DNA of 64,000 nt from Promethearchaeia archaeon. GTDB taxonomy: Archaea; Asgardarchaeota; Lokiarchaeia; Sigyniarchaeales; SOKP01. Where the stretch lies: positions 1 to 64,000 of the forward strand of contig JAHQWJ010000107.1 of NCBI GenBank assembly GCA_029856125.1, written 5' to 3'. Position numbers and translations under genes: made by a program. The notes under the pieces are model-generated. The model made no database searches, had not been told where the DNA came from, and was given only the letters and a program-made list of their open reading frames with translations. Positions within the stretch are counted from its first letter, which is position 1. The number at the start of each line of letters is the position of its first letter. Shown here one piece after another: positions 47,552 to 58,374 of the stretch.

Positions 47552-49132
47552 ATGGTAGACAAAGTTATTCCATTTCTTATAAATGTGGGGGAGGTTATTC
47601 CTACTCGCTCTAAAGCTACATTGTTAGACGAGATGGCGATGGCATTAAATGAATGCATAAACATTTATGGAAAAACTATTAAGAAGTTAGGAAAAATTAA
47701 TAGAATCTCATTATGTTTTTGGCCCGTTCGTTTAATTCCTTTAAGCGATACTCGTGCCTGTGTTTGTAGTTACTTACTCAATAAACAAGAAAAATTAAGT
47801 GTTGGTAAATTCTCCCAAACACCTCCCAATCCCAATAATATTATTCAAGGGGCAGATCCCGCTTCCTTTTTGAATTCGCTAACCTCATATAATGCTACTT
47901 ATTTAAAAAAACCAAAAAATTATAAGAGAGGTACGGCTATTCAAGAAGCTCTATTTAGTTCTAGTGAAGTTGATTATTTTAAGAACTTTTTCTTGAATCA
48001 ATACAATGTTAGTTCATTTAACGAGCCATATTTTCTTTTAGAAGGAGGGCCAATACCAAAAAGCATTAATCAAGCAAAAATTATTCCAGAGGTATTTGAG
48101 TTCATCTCGCAAACGGATGTTAAAATGTTAGCTAATTATGGTCAAAATATTATAAAATTATGCGATAGGTGGATTCAGAGAGGTTCTCAAGAAACAGACA
48201 AATTAAAAACAAAAAAAATTGACACCAGTGAAGAAGAAAAGCAGCTAACTCAAATTACCAGAGAACTCGAGGCTGAAAAAAATCGGAAAATCGAAGCTAC
48301 TCCAGAGGAATTAGTTAAAAGTGGAAAATATAAGATCAGCGATAAGACTGGCGATCTTTATAATAATCTTAGTGCTTCTAAAAATTCCGTTGATCGTCTT
48401 AAGAATGCTATCAATAAAAACGATTTATTTGAAGTGGAAGAAGCATTGAAAGATTTAAACATAAAATACAAGGATTTAGGAAACACGATTGGTAGATATC
48501 AAACTGAAATTACTCAAGTAAAGAAGAACATACAAAAAGAATTAAATGATTTAGAAAGATCAAAGCAACAAAGAATAAGAGAGCTTGAAAGAAAAAAATC
48601 TGAGATAGAAAGTACAATTCAAACAAAACACAGCGAGCTTAGTGGTGATCTAAGTTCTGCCGAAGATACTGTAGCAAGGATCAAACAGGAAAAGCAATCT
48701 TGCTTGGATAATATCGATAGAATCAGGGACATTGAGATGACTAGCGTACAAAACTTCTTCAATACTTATTCTATCGAGATAAGAACTAAAGATGTTGTGG
48801 TAGGTGTGCCTATGTTCGTTTTCTATTTTATCGATCCGAATACACGTCGAACTACTGAAAGAGCTCCCGTATTACCTATACTAATCGAAAATGGAAAGAT
48901 CCACCGAACAAAAGTGACCGATTCATTTAGAAGTAAGCTACGGAATCTAATGAACAAGGACAATGCGATGATAAATTTAGTTGAAAACGGAGGAGAAACG
49001 GGAAATTTAATGGAGATCAAAAATGTAGATTCTAAACTCGAGGATGCAATTAATGATTTACGAGTAAGGAAAGTTTTAGGTAAGAAGGAAGCTGAAAGAG
49101 ATAAAGATATTATTTATAATCTAGTTTGGTAA
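47552..49132 (+). CDS. Hypothetical protein with long central coiled coil
   Basis: Heptad-rich E/K/Q region at about aa 215-395 between two globular ends; ATG 47552 follows GTGAT. Confidence 0.7.
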   Translation: MVDKVIPFLINVGEVIPTRSKATLLDEMAMALNECINIYGKTIKKLGKINRISLCFWPVRLIPLSDTRACVCSYLLNKQEKLSVGKFSQTPPNPNNIIQGADPASFLNSLTSYNATYLKKPKNYKRGTAIQEALFSSSEVDYFKNFFLNQYNVSSFNEPYFLLEGGPIPKSINQAKIIPEVFEFISQTDVKMLANYGQNIIKLCDRWIQRGSQETDKLKTKKIDTSEEEKQLTQITRELEAEKNRKIEATPEELVKSGKYKISDKTGDLYNNLSASKNSVDRLKNAINKNDLFEVEEALKDLNIKYKDLGNTIGRYQTEITQVKKNIQKELNDLERSKQQRIRELERKKSEIESTIQTKHSELSGDLSSAEDTVARIKQEKQSCLDNIDRIRDIEMTSVQNFFNTYSIEIRTKDVVVGVPMFVFYFIDPNTRRTTERAPVLPILIENGKIHRTKVTDSFRSKLRNLMNKDNAMINLVENGGETGNLMEIKNVDSKLEDAINDLRVRKVLGKKEAERDKDIIYNLVW

Positions 49133-49183
49133 TTGGATCTACTCTACTTTTTTTTATTCTATTTACATCAATTTACACATCAA

Positions 49184-49357
49184 TTAAACTTCCATAAAGT
49201 TCATCTTTTGACCGCAGCATTCTGGAATTGGTTGATAACCACACTCTTCCGATTGGCAACAACATAACAAATAATTGTCTTTGACCATCATAGATTGTTC
49301 ACAACATACTGGCACATCAGTTTCATTTCCACAAATGTCACATTTTAATTTTGGCAT
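49184..49357 (-). CDS. Cys-rich mini-protein, tandem desulforedoxin-like metal-binding motifs
   Basis: MPKLKCDICGNETDVPVCCEQSMMVKDNYLLCCCQSEECGYQPIPECCGQKMNFMEV; 10 Cys in 57 aa. Confidence 0.7.
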   Translation of the reverse strand: MPKLKCDICGNETDVPVCCEQSMMVKDNYLLCCCQSEECGYQPIPECCGQKMNFMEV

Positions 49358-49661
49358 TACTATCAACTCCTACTCATAAATTTCCTATCTTTCAGATAAT
49401 ATTATGAGCAGAAAAAAGCTTGTTTTATATAATATAAATTTATTTTATATCTCCTTTTTAAATAAAAAGCAAATTAATTAGTTGTACTAGATAATAAAAT
49501 AAAATTCTTATTTGTCTGTCAAATCAATTTTCCATTAAAACAACAAATTTTTAAAGATTATTGTAACACTGAAAATAAAAGAAATCTTTAATTTCATAAG
49601 ATAATATTGAAATTAGATTATAATTTTGTCTTAAGAAAAAAAATAAAAGGAATGATTCGGT

Positions 49662-50045
49662 ATGAAATCATTAATTAGAGTAAGGATGAGTTTAAATGAT
49701 GCTCATTATGGAGGAAATTTAGTTGATGGAGCTAAAATATTAGAATTATTTGGGGATGTTGCTACTGAGTTATTAATTAAAAATGATGGCGATGAGGGTT
49801 TATTTCGGGCTTATGACAGCATTGAATTTTTAGCTCCCGTTTATGCTGGTGATTATATTGAGGCAGAAGGAAAAATTATTGAAATAGGTAACACTTCAAG
49901 AAAGATGATTTTTGAGGCTAGAAAGGTTATCATATTAAAACCAGAGATAAATGATTCTGCGGCCGATTTCTTAAATGAACCTATTGTAGTATGCAAAGCA
50001 AGTGGAACTTGTGTTGTTCCAATAGAGAAACAAAGAAAAAAGTAA
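49662..50045 (+). CDS. kal: 3-aminobutyryl-CoA ammonia-lyase (hotdog fold)
   Basis: [56 protein letters not shown]; next to kce. Confidence 0.88.
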   Translation: MKSLIRVRMSLNDAHYGGNLVDGAKILELFGDVATELLIKNDGDEGLFRAYDSIEFLAPVYAGDYIEAEGKIIEIGNTSRKMIFEARKVIILKPEINDSAADFLNEPIVVCKASGTCVVPIEKQRKK

Positions 50046-50046
50046 T

Positions 50047-50880
50047 ATGATGTGTATGGAAAAATTAATTATAACAGCTGCTATATGTGGTGCTGAAGTA
50101 ACAAAAGAATATAATCCTAACGTACCTTATACTGTTAGGGAAATCGGTATCGAAGCAGAAAAATCGTTCTTAGCTGGTGCCAGTATTATTCATCTACATG
50201 TAAGAGAAGACGATGGTATGCCTACTCAGAATCTAAAACGATTCCAAGAGTGTGTCAACGAAATCAAAAACAAATGTCCTGATGTCATCGTTCAGCCATC
50301 AACTGGAGGTGCTATTGGTATGAGCAATGAAGAGAGACTTCAACCTATTTTTATGAATCCACACCCAGAAATGGCTACACTCGATTGCGGAACAATGAAT
50401 TTTGGTGGAGATGAAATTTTCGTTAACACAGAAAATACAATTATCCACTTTGCTAATGAAATGAATTCGCGCGGAATTAAACCCGAGTTAGAGTGCTTTG
50501 ATAAGGGAATGATCGATATGGCATTGAGACTTAATAAGAAAGGATATATTAAAGAACCAATGCATTTCAACTTTGTATTGGGAGTTAACGGTGGGATTGC
50601 CGCAACACCACGGGATTTAATTTATATGGTAAATAGCATACCAAAAAGTTCTACATTTACCGTTTGCGCTATCGGAAGACATGAGTTTCCTATGGTTACG
50701 ATATCAATAGTTCTAGGGGGGCATGCGCGAGTAGGGTTTGAAGATAACATCTATCTTTCAAAGGGAGTCTTAGCTCAGTCCAACAAGGAACTAGTAGAAA
50801 AAGTAGTAAGGATTTCAAAAGAGTTAGATCGGGATATCGCATCCCCTTACGAAGCAAGAAAAATTTTAAGTTTGGATTAA
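50047..50880 (+). CDS. kce: 3-keto-5-aminohexanoate cleavage enzyme
   Basis: KLIITAAICGAE, IIHLHVR, QPSTGG, TLDCGTMNFG, PELECFD, RVGFEDN. Confidence 0.9.
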   Translation: MMCMEKLIITAAICGAEVTKEYNPNVPYTVREIGIEAEKSFLAGASIIHLHVREDDGMPTQNLKRFQECVNEIKNKCPDVIVQPSTGGAIGMSNEERLQPIFMNPHPEMATLDCGTMNFGGDEIFVNTENTIIHFANEMNSRGIKPELECFDKGMIDMALRLNKKGYIKEPMHFNFVLGVNGGIAATPRDLIYMVNSIPKSSTFTVCAIGRHEFPMVTISIVLGGHARVGFEDNIYLSKGVLAQSNKELVEKVVRISKELDRDIASPYEARKILSLD

Positions 50881-50904
50881 AGAAAAAAAGAGGGTTAATA
50901 AATT

Positions 50905-51612
50905 ATGTATAAAAAATTAGCCAAATACTACGATTTGATTTATCATTGGAAAGATTACGAGAAAGAAGCCTATTCCATTAAAAATTTAATAAAAAAATAT
51001 AAAAAATCAGACGGCAACCAGTTGCTTGATGTTGGATGTGGGACGGGAAAGCATTTAGAATGTTTTTTAGACGAGTTTTCCTGTACAGGTATCGATATTA
51101 ACAACGAAATGGTGGAGGTTGCTAAAGCTAAATTTAAAGACGCGATTTTTGAACAAGGGGATATGATAGATTTTAATCTTAAAACTGAATTTGATGTAAT
51201 TCTAAGTTTATTTAGCTCAATCGGTTATGTAAAAACATATTCTAATCTAGAAAAAACGATGTTGAATTTTAAAAACCACTTAAAGAAAGGTGGCGTTCTA
51301 ATAATCGAGCCTTGGTTTACTAAATCTGCGTACTGGGTTGGAACGCCCGGCATGACTACTTACGATGGAAAGGATGTTAAAATCGCAAGACTTAATACAA
51401 CAAAAATAGAAGGAGACTTATCAATAATGGAGATGCATTATTTAATTGCTGAAAAAGATAAAGATATTATACATTTTGCCGATACTCATGAATTAGGTTT
51501 ATTTGAGACTGATAAAACTCTTGATTTTATGGAAAAAGCCGGTCTTAAAGCAGAATTTCTGAAAGATGGCTTAATGGAGGATAGAGGGTTGTTTATCGGA
51601 GTAAAATTGTAG
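50905..51612 (+). CDS. SAM-dependent methyltransferase (TylM1/DesVI-like)
   Basis: YDLIY..KDY..E, LLDVGCGTGKH, LFSSIGY, IEPWF, RGLFIG. Confidence 0.8.
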   Translation: MYKKLAKYYDLIYHWKDYEKEAYSIKNLIKKYKKSDGNQLLDVGCGTGKHLECFLDEFSCTGIDINNEMVEVAKAKFKDAIFEQGDMIDFNLKTEFDVILSLFSSIGYVKTYSNLEKTMLNFKNHLKKGGVLIIEPWFTKSAYWVGTPGMTTYDGKDVKIARLNTTKIEGDLSIMEMHYLIAEKDKDIIHFADTHELGLFETDKTLDFMEKAGLKAEFLKDGLMEDRGLFIGVKL

Positions 51613-51694
51613 TTGAAATAGCTCTGATAAATATTTTAATTATTTTTAAAAGTATAATAAAAAACTTAAATAAATAAGGGGATTTATCTAATTC

Positions 51695-52243
51695 ATGAAA
51701 ATTCTAATCACCTATTTTAGCCAGACGGGTAATACTGAAAAGATAGCTCAAGCAATTCACGAAGTTTCGTCGAAAAATCATGAATCTACCTTGAAAAGGT
51801 TAAAAAAAGTTAAAATTGAAGAATTGGAGGATTACGATTTGGTCTTTATAGGTTCTCCTTGTCATGATTCTGATTTAGCTAAACCTGCTTTACGATTTCT
51901 TAAAAAAGTCCCAAATTCTCCTAAATTCGCAATTGCCGGTTTTTATACTCACTCCACTTTTTTACCAGAAGGAGATGAAAGGATTAAAAAGTTATCTGAG
52001 CAATGGTCAGGTAAATGTATTGCGACATTTGAAGATGTAAAAAAAGAAAAGAATGCCAACTTTAAGGGTTATTTCAGATGCCAAGGAATCCCATCACCTC
52101 CTATCGAACAATTTATCCATAAAACAATTATAAAAGATGATGAAGAATGGGCAGATTTCATCGAAGAAGTGAAAAAACATCCAAATGAGAAGGATATAGA
52201 AGATGCAAAAAAATTTGCCCAAGATATTTTAAATGAATTCTAA
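51695..52243 (+). CDS. Flavodoxin family protein
   Basis: YFSQTGNTEKIAQAI, YDLVFIGSP, HPNEKD. Confidence 0.85.
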   Translation: MKILITYFSQTGNTEKIAQAIHEVSSKNHESTLKRLKKVKIEELEDYDLVFIGSPCHDSDLAKPALRFLKKVPNSPKFAIAGFYTHSTFLPEGDERIKKLSEQWSGKCIATFEDVKKEKNANFKGYFRCQGIPSPPIEQFIHKTIIKDDEEWADFIEEVKKHPNEKDIEDAKKFAQDILNEF

Positions 52244-52276
52244 TTACTTTTATAACATAAGAAATGTGAAACCTGC

Positions 52277-53107
52277 TTAGTCTATAATAACGTAAGCATT
52301 ACTTAAAACAACGGCTCTCTCGGTTTTAACTTGAATTAAATAACGTCCATTATCTTTCCACCCTTCTGTTGTTAACGATTCCCCAGGATACACCACATTA
52401 GTAAATCGTACTTTAAATTCTTTAAAGCGTGAGATATCTCCATCACATAGACTGTGTAGGATCGCTCTTGTTGTAAAACCATAAGTGCATAACCCGTGTA
52501 AAATTGGTTTTTCTTGACCTCCAAGGCGAGCAAGGTCCGGATCAATGTGAAGAGGATTTAAATCTCCGCTAAGACGATATAAAGCCGCTTGGTTTTCAGT
52601 AGTTTTATATGTAACGCTAAAATCTGGCTGAATTCCTTCTGGAGGTGTAATTTTCTCTATTTTCGGACCCCTGTCTCCACCAAATCCCCCCGCACCTAAA
52701 TAGAAAAACGAGGATTCGACTTCGAATAGAGGACTCCTATCTTTAGTAAGACTTGTAAATGTTATATTTATAACAGCTGCTTTACCTTTATCGTAAATAC
52801 TGGTTACCTCACTAAAGCAGATTATTTCTCCTTGTGACGGAATAGGCTTATGTAATCTTATTAGTTCTTCACCGTGGATAAATTTAGGATAAAAAATTTT
52901 CCCTAAATTAGGGAAAGCTACACGTCTTGGGATTGTTGCAAAACTAGGGAATACTTTTAATCCTCTTGAAACTCCCTCGTAGATAAATTGAAGTTCAGAA
53001 ATTTGAGCTCCAATCCCTAAAGCATATAGAATTACATCTTTATTGGTATATTTATAAATTTTTTCCGGATTTTTTTTTCCAACTACACTAAAATCTAATC
53101 CCGACAT
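52277..53107 (-). CDS. MaoC/hydratase-2 (MFE-2-type) enoyl-CoA hydratase
   Basis: DVILYALGIGA, HGEE, YRLSGDLNPLHIDP, ILHGLCTYG. Confidence 0.88.
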   Translation of the reverse strand: MSGLDFSVVGKKNPEKIYKYTNKDVILYALGIGAQISELQFIYEGVSRGLKVFPSFATIPRRVAFPNLGKIFYPKFIHGEELIRLHKPIPSQGEIICFSEVTSIYDKGKAAVINITFTSLTKDRSPLFEVESSFFYLGAGGFGGDRGPKIEKITPPEGIQPDFSVTYKTTENQAALYRLSGDLNPLHIDPDLARLGGQEKPILHGLCTYGFTTRAILHSLCDGDISRFKEFKVRFTNVVYPGESLTTEGWKDNGRYLIQVKTERAVVLSNAYVIID

Positions 53108-53172
53108 GTTATATCATTTGTATTATTTATTTAAAAACTTTAAAGTTTTACTTGATCTTATAATTTTTATAA

Positions 53173-54675
53173 TTATATTCTTACTAAAATATCATAATTG
53201 TTCATAAACTCTTTCAAATCCTGGATTCTTAGAAGGTTAAAATGAAATAGGGAAGCAGCCAATACAGCTTCAGCTCCGTTATTGATTGCTTCTACAAAAT
53301 GCATTTTATTTCCTGCTCCTCCTGACGCTATCACAGGTACAGGCACAATATGCGTGATAGCTTGGATTAAATCAAGATCATATCCCGATTTAGTACCATC
53401 TTTATCCATACTTGTAACTAATAGTTCTCCTGCTCCCTTATCTACAACTGTTTTTACCCATTCTAACACATCGAGTCCAGTAGGTTCTGTGCCACTATGT
53501 GAATATACTTCCCAAGATTCACCTTTTCTTTTTGCGTCGATAGCGACAACAATACATTGAGATCCAAATTTTATTGCACCTTTAGTAATTAAGGATGGAT
53601 CAGTTATGGCTGCTGAATTTATACTAACTTTTTCTGCTCCTGCCTTAATAATTACAGTCATATCTTCAATTGTTTTAATTCCACCACCTACAGTTAATGG
53701 AATGAAGATTTCTTCAGCTACAGATCGAATTGTATTAAGCATGCTCTTTCGTCCTTCTAGAGTTGCCGAAATATCTAAGAAAACTAATTCGTCAGCACCA
53801 TTTTCGTTATAATATCGTGCTAAATCAACTGGATCTCCACTATCTCTTAGATTTTTGAATTTGACCCCCTTTACTACTCTTCCATTTTTTACATCCAGAC
53901 AAGGGATAATCCGTTTTACTAATCGAGATTTATGAAGATCGTCAAGGAAGGAGCTTAAAAGTTTGAGAGGAATATTTCGATTATATAACGCTTTTCCTAC
54001 AATAACTCCATCAGCATACTCTAGTGCTTTAGTTACATCATTTATGCTTGAGATTCCGCCTGAGGCAATTATTCTAGTATTAGGTTTTTTCTCCTTTCTT
54101 AATTCTAAATAAAGATTTGTATTTAAACCAGTCGAAGTCCCATCCTTCATTATATCTGTGACAATAAAATCTTGAATTCCCAAATTCTCCAATTTAGAAA
54201 AAACTTTAAATATATCTAAGTTCGTATCAAATTGCCATCCCTTCGTACGGATCGTTTTATTGGAAGAATCTAATGCGATTGCAATCTTGCTTCTATACTG
54301 TTTAGATAAAACCTTTAAAAGGATGTTATCATCAAAAGCTATGGTACCTAGGATTATACGGTCAGTTCCCAGATCTATTAATTCCTCAATTGTTTCAATA
54401 CTCCGTATTCCCCCTCCAATCTGAATTTTGATCCCAGCTTGTTTAGAAAGTTTTATCAGATTCAAAATAACGGGATAACTAAGATTTTTTCTAAAATCTC
54501 CTGTTAATGCACCATCTAAATTAACAACATGAATCCACCAAGCACCAGCTTTGATAAATTGTCTTAGAATGGTTATAGGGTCATTAGAATATGTGATTTG
54601 TTTAGAAAAGTCACCCTGAGTAAGTCTGACTACTTTTCCTTCTCTTATATCCATTGCAGGAATTACAGTTTTCAT
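53173..54675 (-). CDS. hisA/hisF: Bifunctional HisA-HisF fusion (ProFAR isomerase plus IGP synthase cyclase subunit)
   Basis: N-half: [41 protein letters not shown]-half: [58 protein letters not shown]. Confidence 0.92.
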   Translation of the reverse strand: MKTVIPAMDIREGKVVRLTQGDFSKQITYSNDPITILRQFIKAGAWWIHVVNLDGALTGDFRKNLSYPVILNLIKLSKQAGIKIQIGGGIRSIETIEELIDLGTDRIILGTIAFDDNILLKVLSKQYRSKIAIALDSSNKTIRTKGWQFDTNLDIFKVFSKLENLGIQDFIVTDIMKDGTSTGLNTNLYLELRKEKKPNTRIIASGGISSINDVTKALEYADGVIVGKALYNRNIPLKLLSSFLDDLHKSRLVKRIIPCLDVKNGRVVKGVKFKNLRDSGDPVDLARYYNENGADELVFLDISATLEGRKSMLNTIRSVAEEIFIPLTVGGGIKTIEDMTVIIKAGAEKVSINSAAITDPSLITKGAIKFGSQCIVVAIDAKRKGESWEVYSHSGTEPTGLDVLEWVKTVVDKGAGELLVTSMDKDGTKSGYDLDLIQAITHIVPVPVIASGGAGNKMHFVEAINNGAEAVLAASLFHFNLLRIQDLKEFMNNYDILVRI

Positions 54676-54677
54676 GT

Positions 54678-55280
54678 TTATATCACCCGTTTTTCTAAAG
54701 AATTAACCCAATATTTCAGTATGCTTTCTCCAGTTGTTTTACTTTTTTCTGGATGAAATTGTATTGCTAAAATTGTCCCATACTTAAAAATAACTCCAAA
54801 TTTTACTCCGTGTAAAGTAAATGCAATAATCATATTCTCATCTACTGCATCACAATAATATGTGTGGTTAAAATATGCAAAACCAGAGAAATACGGCTCT
54901 TTCAATGCAATTACTCGGTTCCACCCCGTATGTGGGACACGAATAGAATTAGTGGGTGTTAACTTCTTCACTTTTCCAGAAAAAATGCCTAATCCCTCAA
55001 CACCTGGACTTTCTTCAGAATTATTGAATAATAACTGTAATCCTAAACATATTCCTAATGTTGGTTTTGTTGGTATAATTTGTTTTAATAGGTTAAAGAG
55101 CCCTTTTCGCTTTAATTCTTCTACAGCATCTCCAAAAGCTCCCACACCTGGTAGAACAATACCATTTGCTTTTTCAATCTCTTCTCTTTCATTAGTTATT
55201 ATTACATCTGAATAATATCGTTGTAATGATCGCTGGACAGATCGTAAATTTCCAATCCCATAATCAATTATTGTAATCAT
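54678..55280 (-). CDS. hisH: Imidazole glycerol phosphate synthase glutaminase subunit
   Basis: [31 protein letters not shown]. Confidence 0.95.
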   Translation of the reverse strand: MITIIDYGIGNLRSVQRSLQRYYSDVIITNEREEIEKANGIVLPGVGAFGDAVEELKRKGLFNLLKQIIPTKPTLGICLGLQLLFNNSEESPGVEGLGIFSGKVKKLTPTNSIRVPHTGWNRVIALKEPYFSGFAYFNHTYYCDAVDENMIIAFTLHGVKFGVIFKYGTILAIQFHPEKSKTTGESILKYWVNSLEKRVI

Positions 55281-55320
55281 GAATAACTCCTCGAATATTT
55301 AAAAAGTGCACCTTATTGTT

Positions 55321-55926
55321 TCATAAAATTCCCTTCGTAGATGGGATACTGCCTCTTCGTTTAAGATCTAACCGAGAAGCTTTATCCAGTGAAGATCCGA
55401 GAGCTTTAAAAACCGACTCTGCCATGTGGTGATCATCTTTCCCATAAAGCACTTTCACATGTAGCGTTATACTAGCATGGATCGCAAATGTCTGTAAAAA
55501 ATGTTCTATCAATGTGAGAGGTATCAATTCGTCTTGATTCTTTCCAAAATATTTACCCGTCCAAGGGATATTAATAATTGAATAGGGACGATTGGAAAAA
55601 TCAACAACAACTAATGCTAGAGCTTCATCCATAGGAACGTAAGAGTGTCCAATGCGGCTAATTCCTGATTTATCTCCGATTGCATGCTTAAAAGCTTTTC
55701 CTAACACTATCCCTACATCCTCTATGGTATGATGAGTATCGACATGCAGATCTCCAGTAGCTTTCACCTCAATGTCAAAAATTCCATGAATAGCGATGTG
55801 ATTTAACATATGATCGAAAAATCCTATACCTGTATTTATGTTTGCATTTCCAGAGCCATCTAAGTTAAGCGAAACATTAATAGTAGATTCTTTCGTTTTT
55901 CTTTCTTGTTCTGATTGACGATTCAT
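55321..55926 (-). CDS. hisB: Imidazoleglycerol-phosphate dehydratase
   Basis: TGIGFFDHML, GDLHVDTHHTIED, PMDEAL, HHMAE, PSTKG. Confidence 0.95.
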   Translation of the reverse strand: MNRQSEQERKTKESTINVSLNLDGSGNANINTGIGFFDHMLNHIAIHGIFDIEVKATGDLHVDTHHTIEDVGIVLGKAFKHAIGDKSGISRIGHSYVPMDEALALVVVDFSNRPYSIINIPWTGKYFGKNQDELIPLTLIEHFLQTFAIHASITLHVKVLYGKDDHHMAESVFKALGSSLDKASRLDLKRRGSIPSTKGIL

Positions 55927-55927
55927 T

Positions 55928-57058
55928 TTAATTTCCTCCTTTTAAAAATAATTTGAGTTCATCAATAACTTTAACCATATTTTCTTGGAGTCCGATACTG
56001 ATTCTTAGGTTGTTAATCATGTCTGATGACGAATAATACCTTACAAGAATGCCTTTTGAATAGAGATATTCGTAAAGGGTTTTTGGAATCTCTGGAGATT
56101 CGAAAGTGAGTAAGACATAACAAGCTTCGCTAGGATGGATCCAAAAATTTTTAAATTGATTTTGAAGCAAACTTAGTTGATTGATGAACCATTCTCTTAT
56201 TTTTTTCATTTCTGTAATTCTCGTATCAACTAGTGGGCTAGATAATGCCGCAAGAGCAGCTTTTTGACCAGCAATGTTTACATTATAAGGTTGTTTAATT
56301 GATACTATAACTTTTCGAATCTCGTCTGGCATAATTCCATATCCCACTCGGAGCCCTCCTAAACCATAAGCCTTACTAAAAGTTCGAAGAACAACGAGAT
56401 TCTCGTAATTAGGAACCCATTTAGCAAGAGATTGGGAATCTGAGAACTCTATGTAAGCTTCGTCAATGACCACTAAGACTGGTAGAGAGACTAAATGTTC
56501 AATGAAACTTTCTGATACAACGCTTCCGTCTGGATTATTTGGTCGGGCTATAAAAATGATTTTAGACTTTAGCGCTTCTTCTAAAAATTGGTCTTCGTTA
56601 AGTACATAATGAGCAAACGACTCTTTTTTGACTAATTTTTGAGAGACAGCTAAATTTTTAATTCCATTTACTTGAGCTAAGAACGAAATCATCCCAAATG
56701 TAGGGGATACAGAGAGAATTTTGTCAGAAGGGTTAGCGTATGCTTTCATTATAAGTTCTATGAGCTCATCCGAACCTGAACTAATTATAAAATTTTTGGT
56801 GTCTATTTTTTCTTTTTTCCCTAAGGCTTGTATTAGATTTGAACACAGCATGTCTGGATAATTACCAATATTTGTGAGGGACCTTAATGCTCCCAGAACT
56901 TCTGGAAGTGGATCGAAAGGATTTTCGTTACCATCAAGTTTTATTATTTGTTCAAGTGGGATATTAAGTTCTTTTGCAATGGCCTCTAAAGGTTTAACTC
57001 CACTATAAGTCTTTATTGAAGCGAGGTGATCTGCAGTTTTGATTTTAGGTATTAGCAT
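55928..57058 (-). CDS. hisC: Histidinol-phosphate aminotransferase
   Basis: KLDGNENP, GSDELI, PNNPDG, DEAY, RTFSKAYGLGGLRVGY; within the his operon. Confidence 0.92.
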   Translation of the reverse strand: MLIPKIKTADHLASIKTYSGVKPLEAIAKELNIPLEQIIKLDGNENPFDPLPEVLGALRSLTNIGNYPDMLCSNLIQALGKKEKIDTKNFIISSGSDELIELIMKAYANPSDKILSVSPTFGMISFLAQVNGIKNLAVSQKLVKKESFAHYVLNEDQFLEEALKSKIIFIARPNNPDGSVVSESFIEHLVSLPVLVVIDEAYIEFSDSQSLAKWVPNYENLVVLRTFSKAYGLGGLRVGYGIMPDEIRKVIVSIKQPYNVNIAGQKAALAALSSPLVDTRITEMKKIREWFINQLSLLQNQFKNFWIHPSEACYVLLTFESPEIPKTLYEYLYSKGILVRYYSSSDMINNLRISIGLQENMVKVIDELKLFLKGGN

Positions 57059-58374
57059 CTCCTCCTAGCCGCTTCTGAGTGAGCAGTAAGCTCTTCGCTA
57101 ATAGCTAATTTCTCAGCTAAAGGAGCTATAGACTTAACTGTTTTAGTATCTAAAGCTATAAGACTGGTAATTTTGAGAAAATCTATTACTGATAATGGAG
57201 ACGAAAATTTAGCTGCACCACCCGTTGGCATTACATGACTGGGACCGGCAACATAATCACCCATCACTTCACAAGATGATTCTCCCAAGAAAATTCCTCC
57301 CGCATTTTTAATTCGGGGTAAGATTTTTTCTTGATCCTTCGTAATGATAGATAAGTGCTCTGGGGCAAAATCGTTAATTGCTAATATAGCATCTTTAGTG
57401 TTAGTTACTAAAATTATTCCGCCATTATTTTCGATTGCGTATCGAGCTTTATCAGCGCGAGACAGTTTTGGTATTTGCTCTTCAACTGAATCTCTGACTT
57501 TATTTGCGATATCTTGACTTGTTGTAAGTAAAATTGGAATTGATAAAAAATCGTGTTCAGCTTGTGCGAGTAAATCTGAGGCAATTAAATGAGGATCCGC
57601 AGATTCATCGGCTAATATAACTGCCTCTGTTGGACCAGTGATACCATCAATTCCTACAATCCCATATACTTCTCGCTTAGCTAAGGTAACGAAGATGTTA
57701 CCGGGTCCAACAATTTTATTAACTTTTGGAACTGATTCAGTACCAAAAGCTAATGCCGCAATTGCTTGAGCTCCTCCTATCTGGAAAACCCTAAGGTTAA
57801 CTTTATAATCACGCATTAAATTACAAGTAGCTAAAATTATAGGAGAAATTGGAGACGGACTTACAATTATTACTTCTTCAACTCCCGCTACAATTGCAGG
57901 GCAAACGCTATGAATAACCGTAGATGGAAGCGGAGCAGATCCTCCAGGTACGTAAAATCCGACTCTTTGGATTGGAGTTATTATCTGCCCTAAAGTTCCT
58001 CCTAAATCACTTGTAGTCCAAGAAGATATAGGTTGTTTTTTGTGAAACGCTAATATTCTATGTATCGTTTTATCTAAAACCTCTTTAATTTTAGTGTCGA
58101 TAGAATTTAACGCCGCTTCCATTTGCTCTACTTCGATTTCAATTGAATTAGTAATATCATTTTTTTCTAATTTTTTAGTCCATTCAATTAGAGCTAGATC
58201 GCCATTTTTTATTACATCGTCAATTATACTTTTAACAACTTCTTGTGGTGTTAAGGGTTTACCGAAAATCTTAATAATCTGCTCGTTAGTTTGGGGTGAT
58301 ACTTGAGTATTAATAATTGATTTGCGTATTAATATAGATTTTTGTGCTTCCTCTAAGGAATATAGTGGAATCAT
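57052..58374 (-). CDS. hisD: Histidinol dehydrogenase
   Basis: [53 protein letters not shown]. Confidence 0.95.
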   Translation of the reverse strand: MIPLYSLEEAQKSILIRKSIINTQVSPQTNEQIIKIFGKPLTPQEVVKSIIDDVIKNGDLALIEWTKKLEKNDITNSIEIEVEQMEAALNSIDTKIKEVLDKTIHRILAFHKKQPISSWTTSDLGGTLGQIITPIQRVGFYVPGGSAPLPSTVIHSVCPAIVAGVEEVIIVSPSPISPIILATCNLMRDYKVNLRVFQIGGAQAIAALAFGTESVPKVNKIVGPGNIFVTLAKREVYGIVGIDGITGPTEAVILADESADPHLIASDLLAQAEHDFLSIPILLTTSQDIANKVRDSVEEQIPKLSRADKARYAIENNGGIILVTNTKDAILAINDFAPEHLSIITKDQEKILPRIKNAGGIFLGESSCEVMGDYVAGPSHVMPTGGAAKFSSPLSVIDFLKITSLIALDTKTVKSIAPLAEKLAISEELTAHSEAARRRC

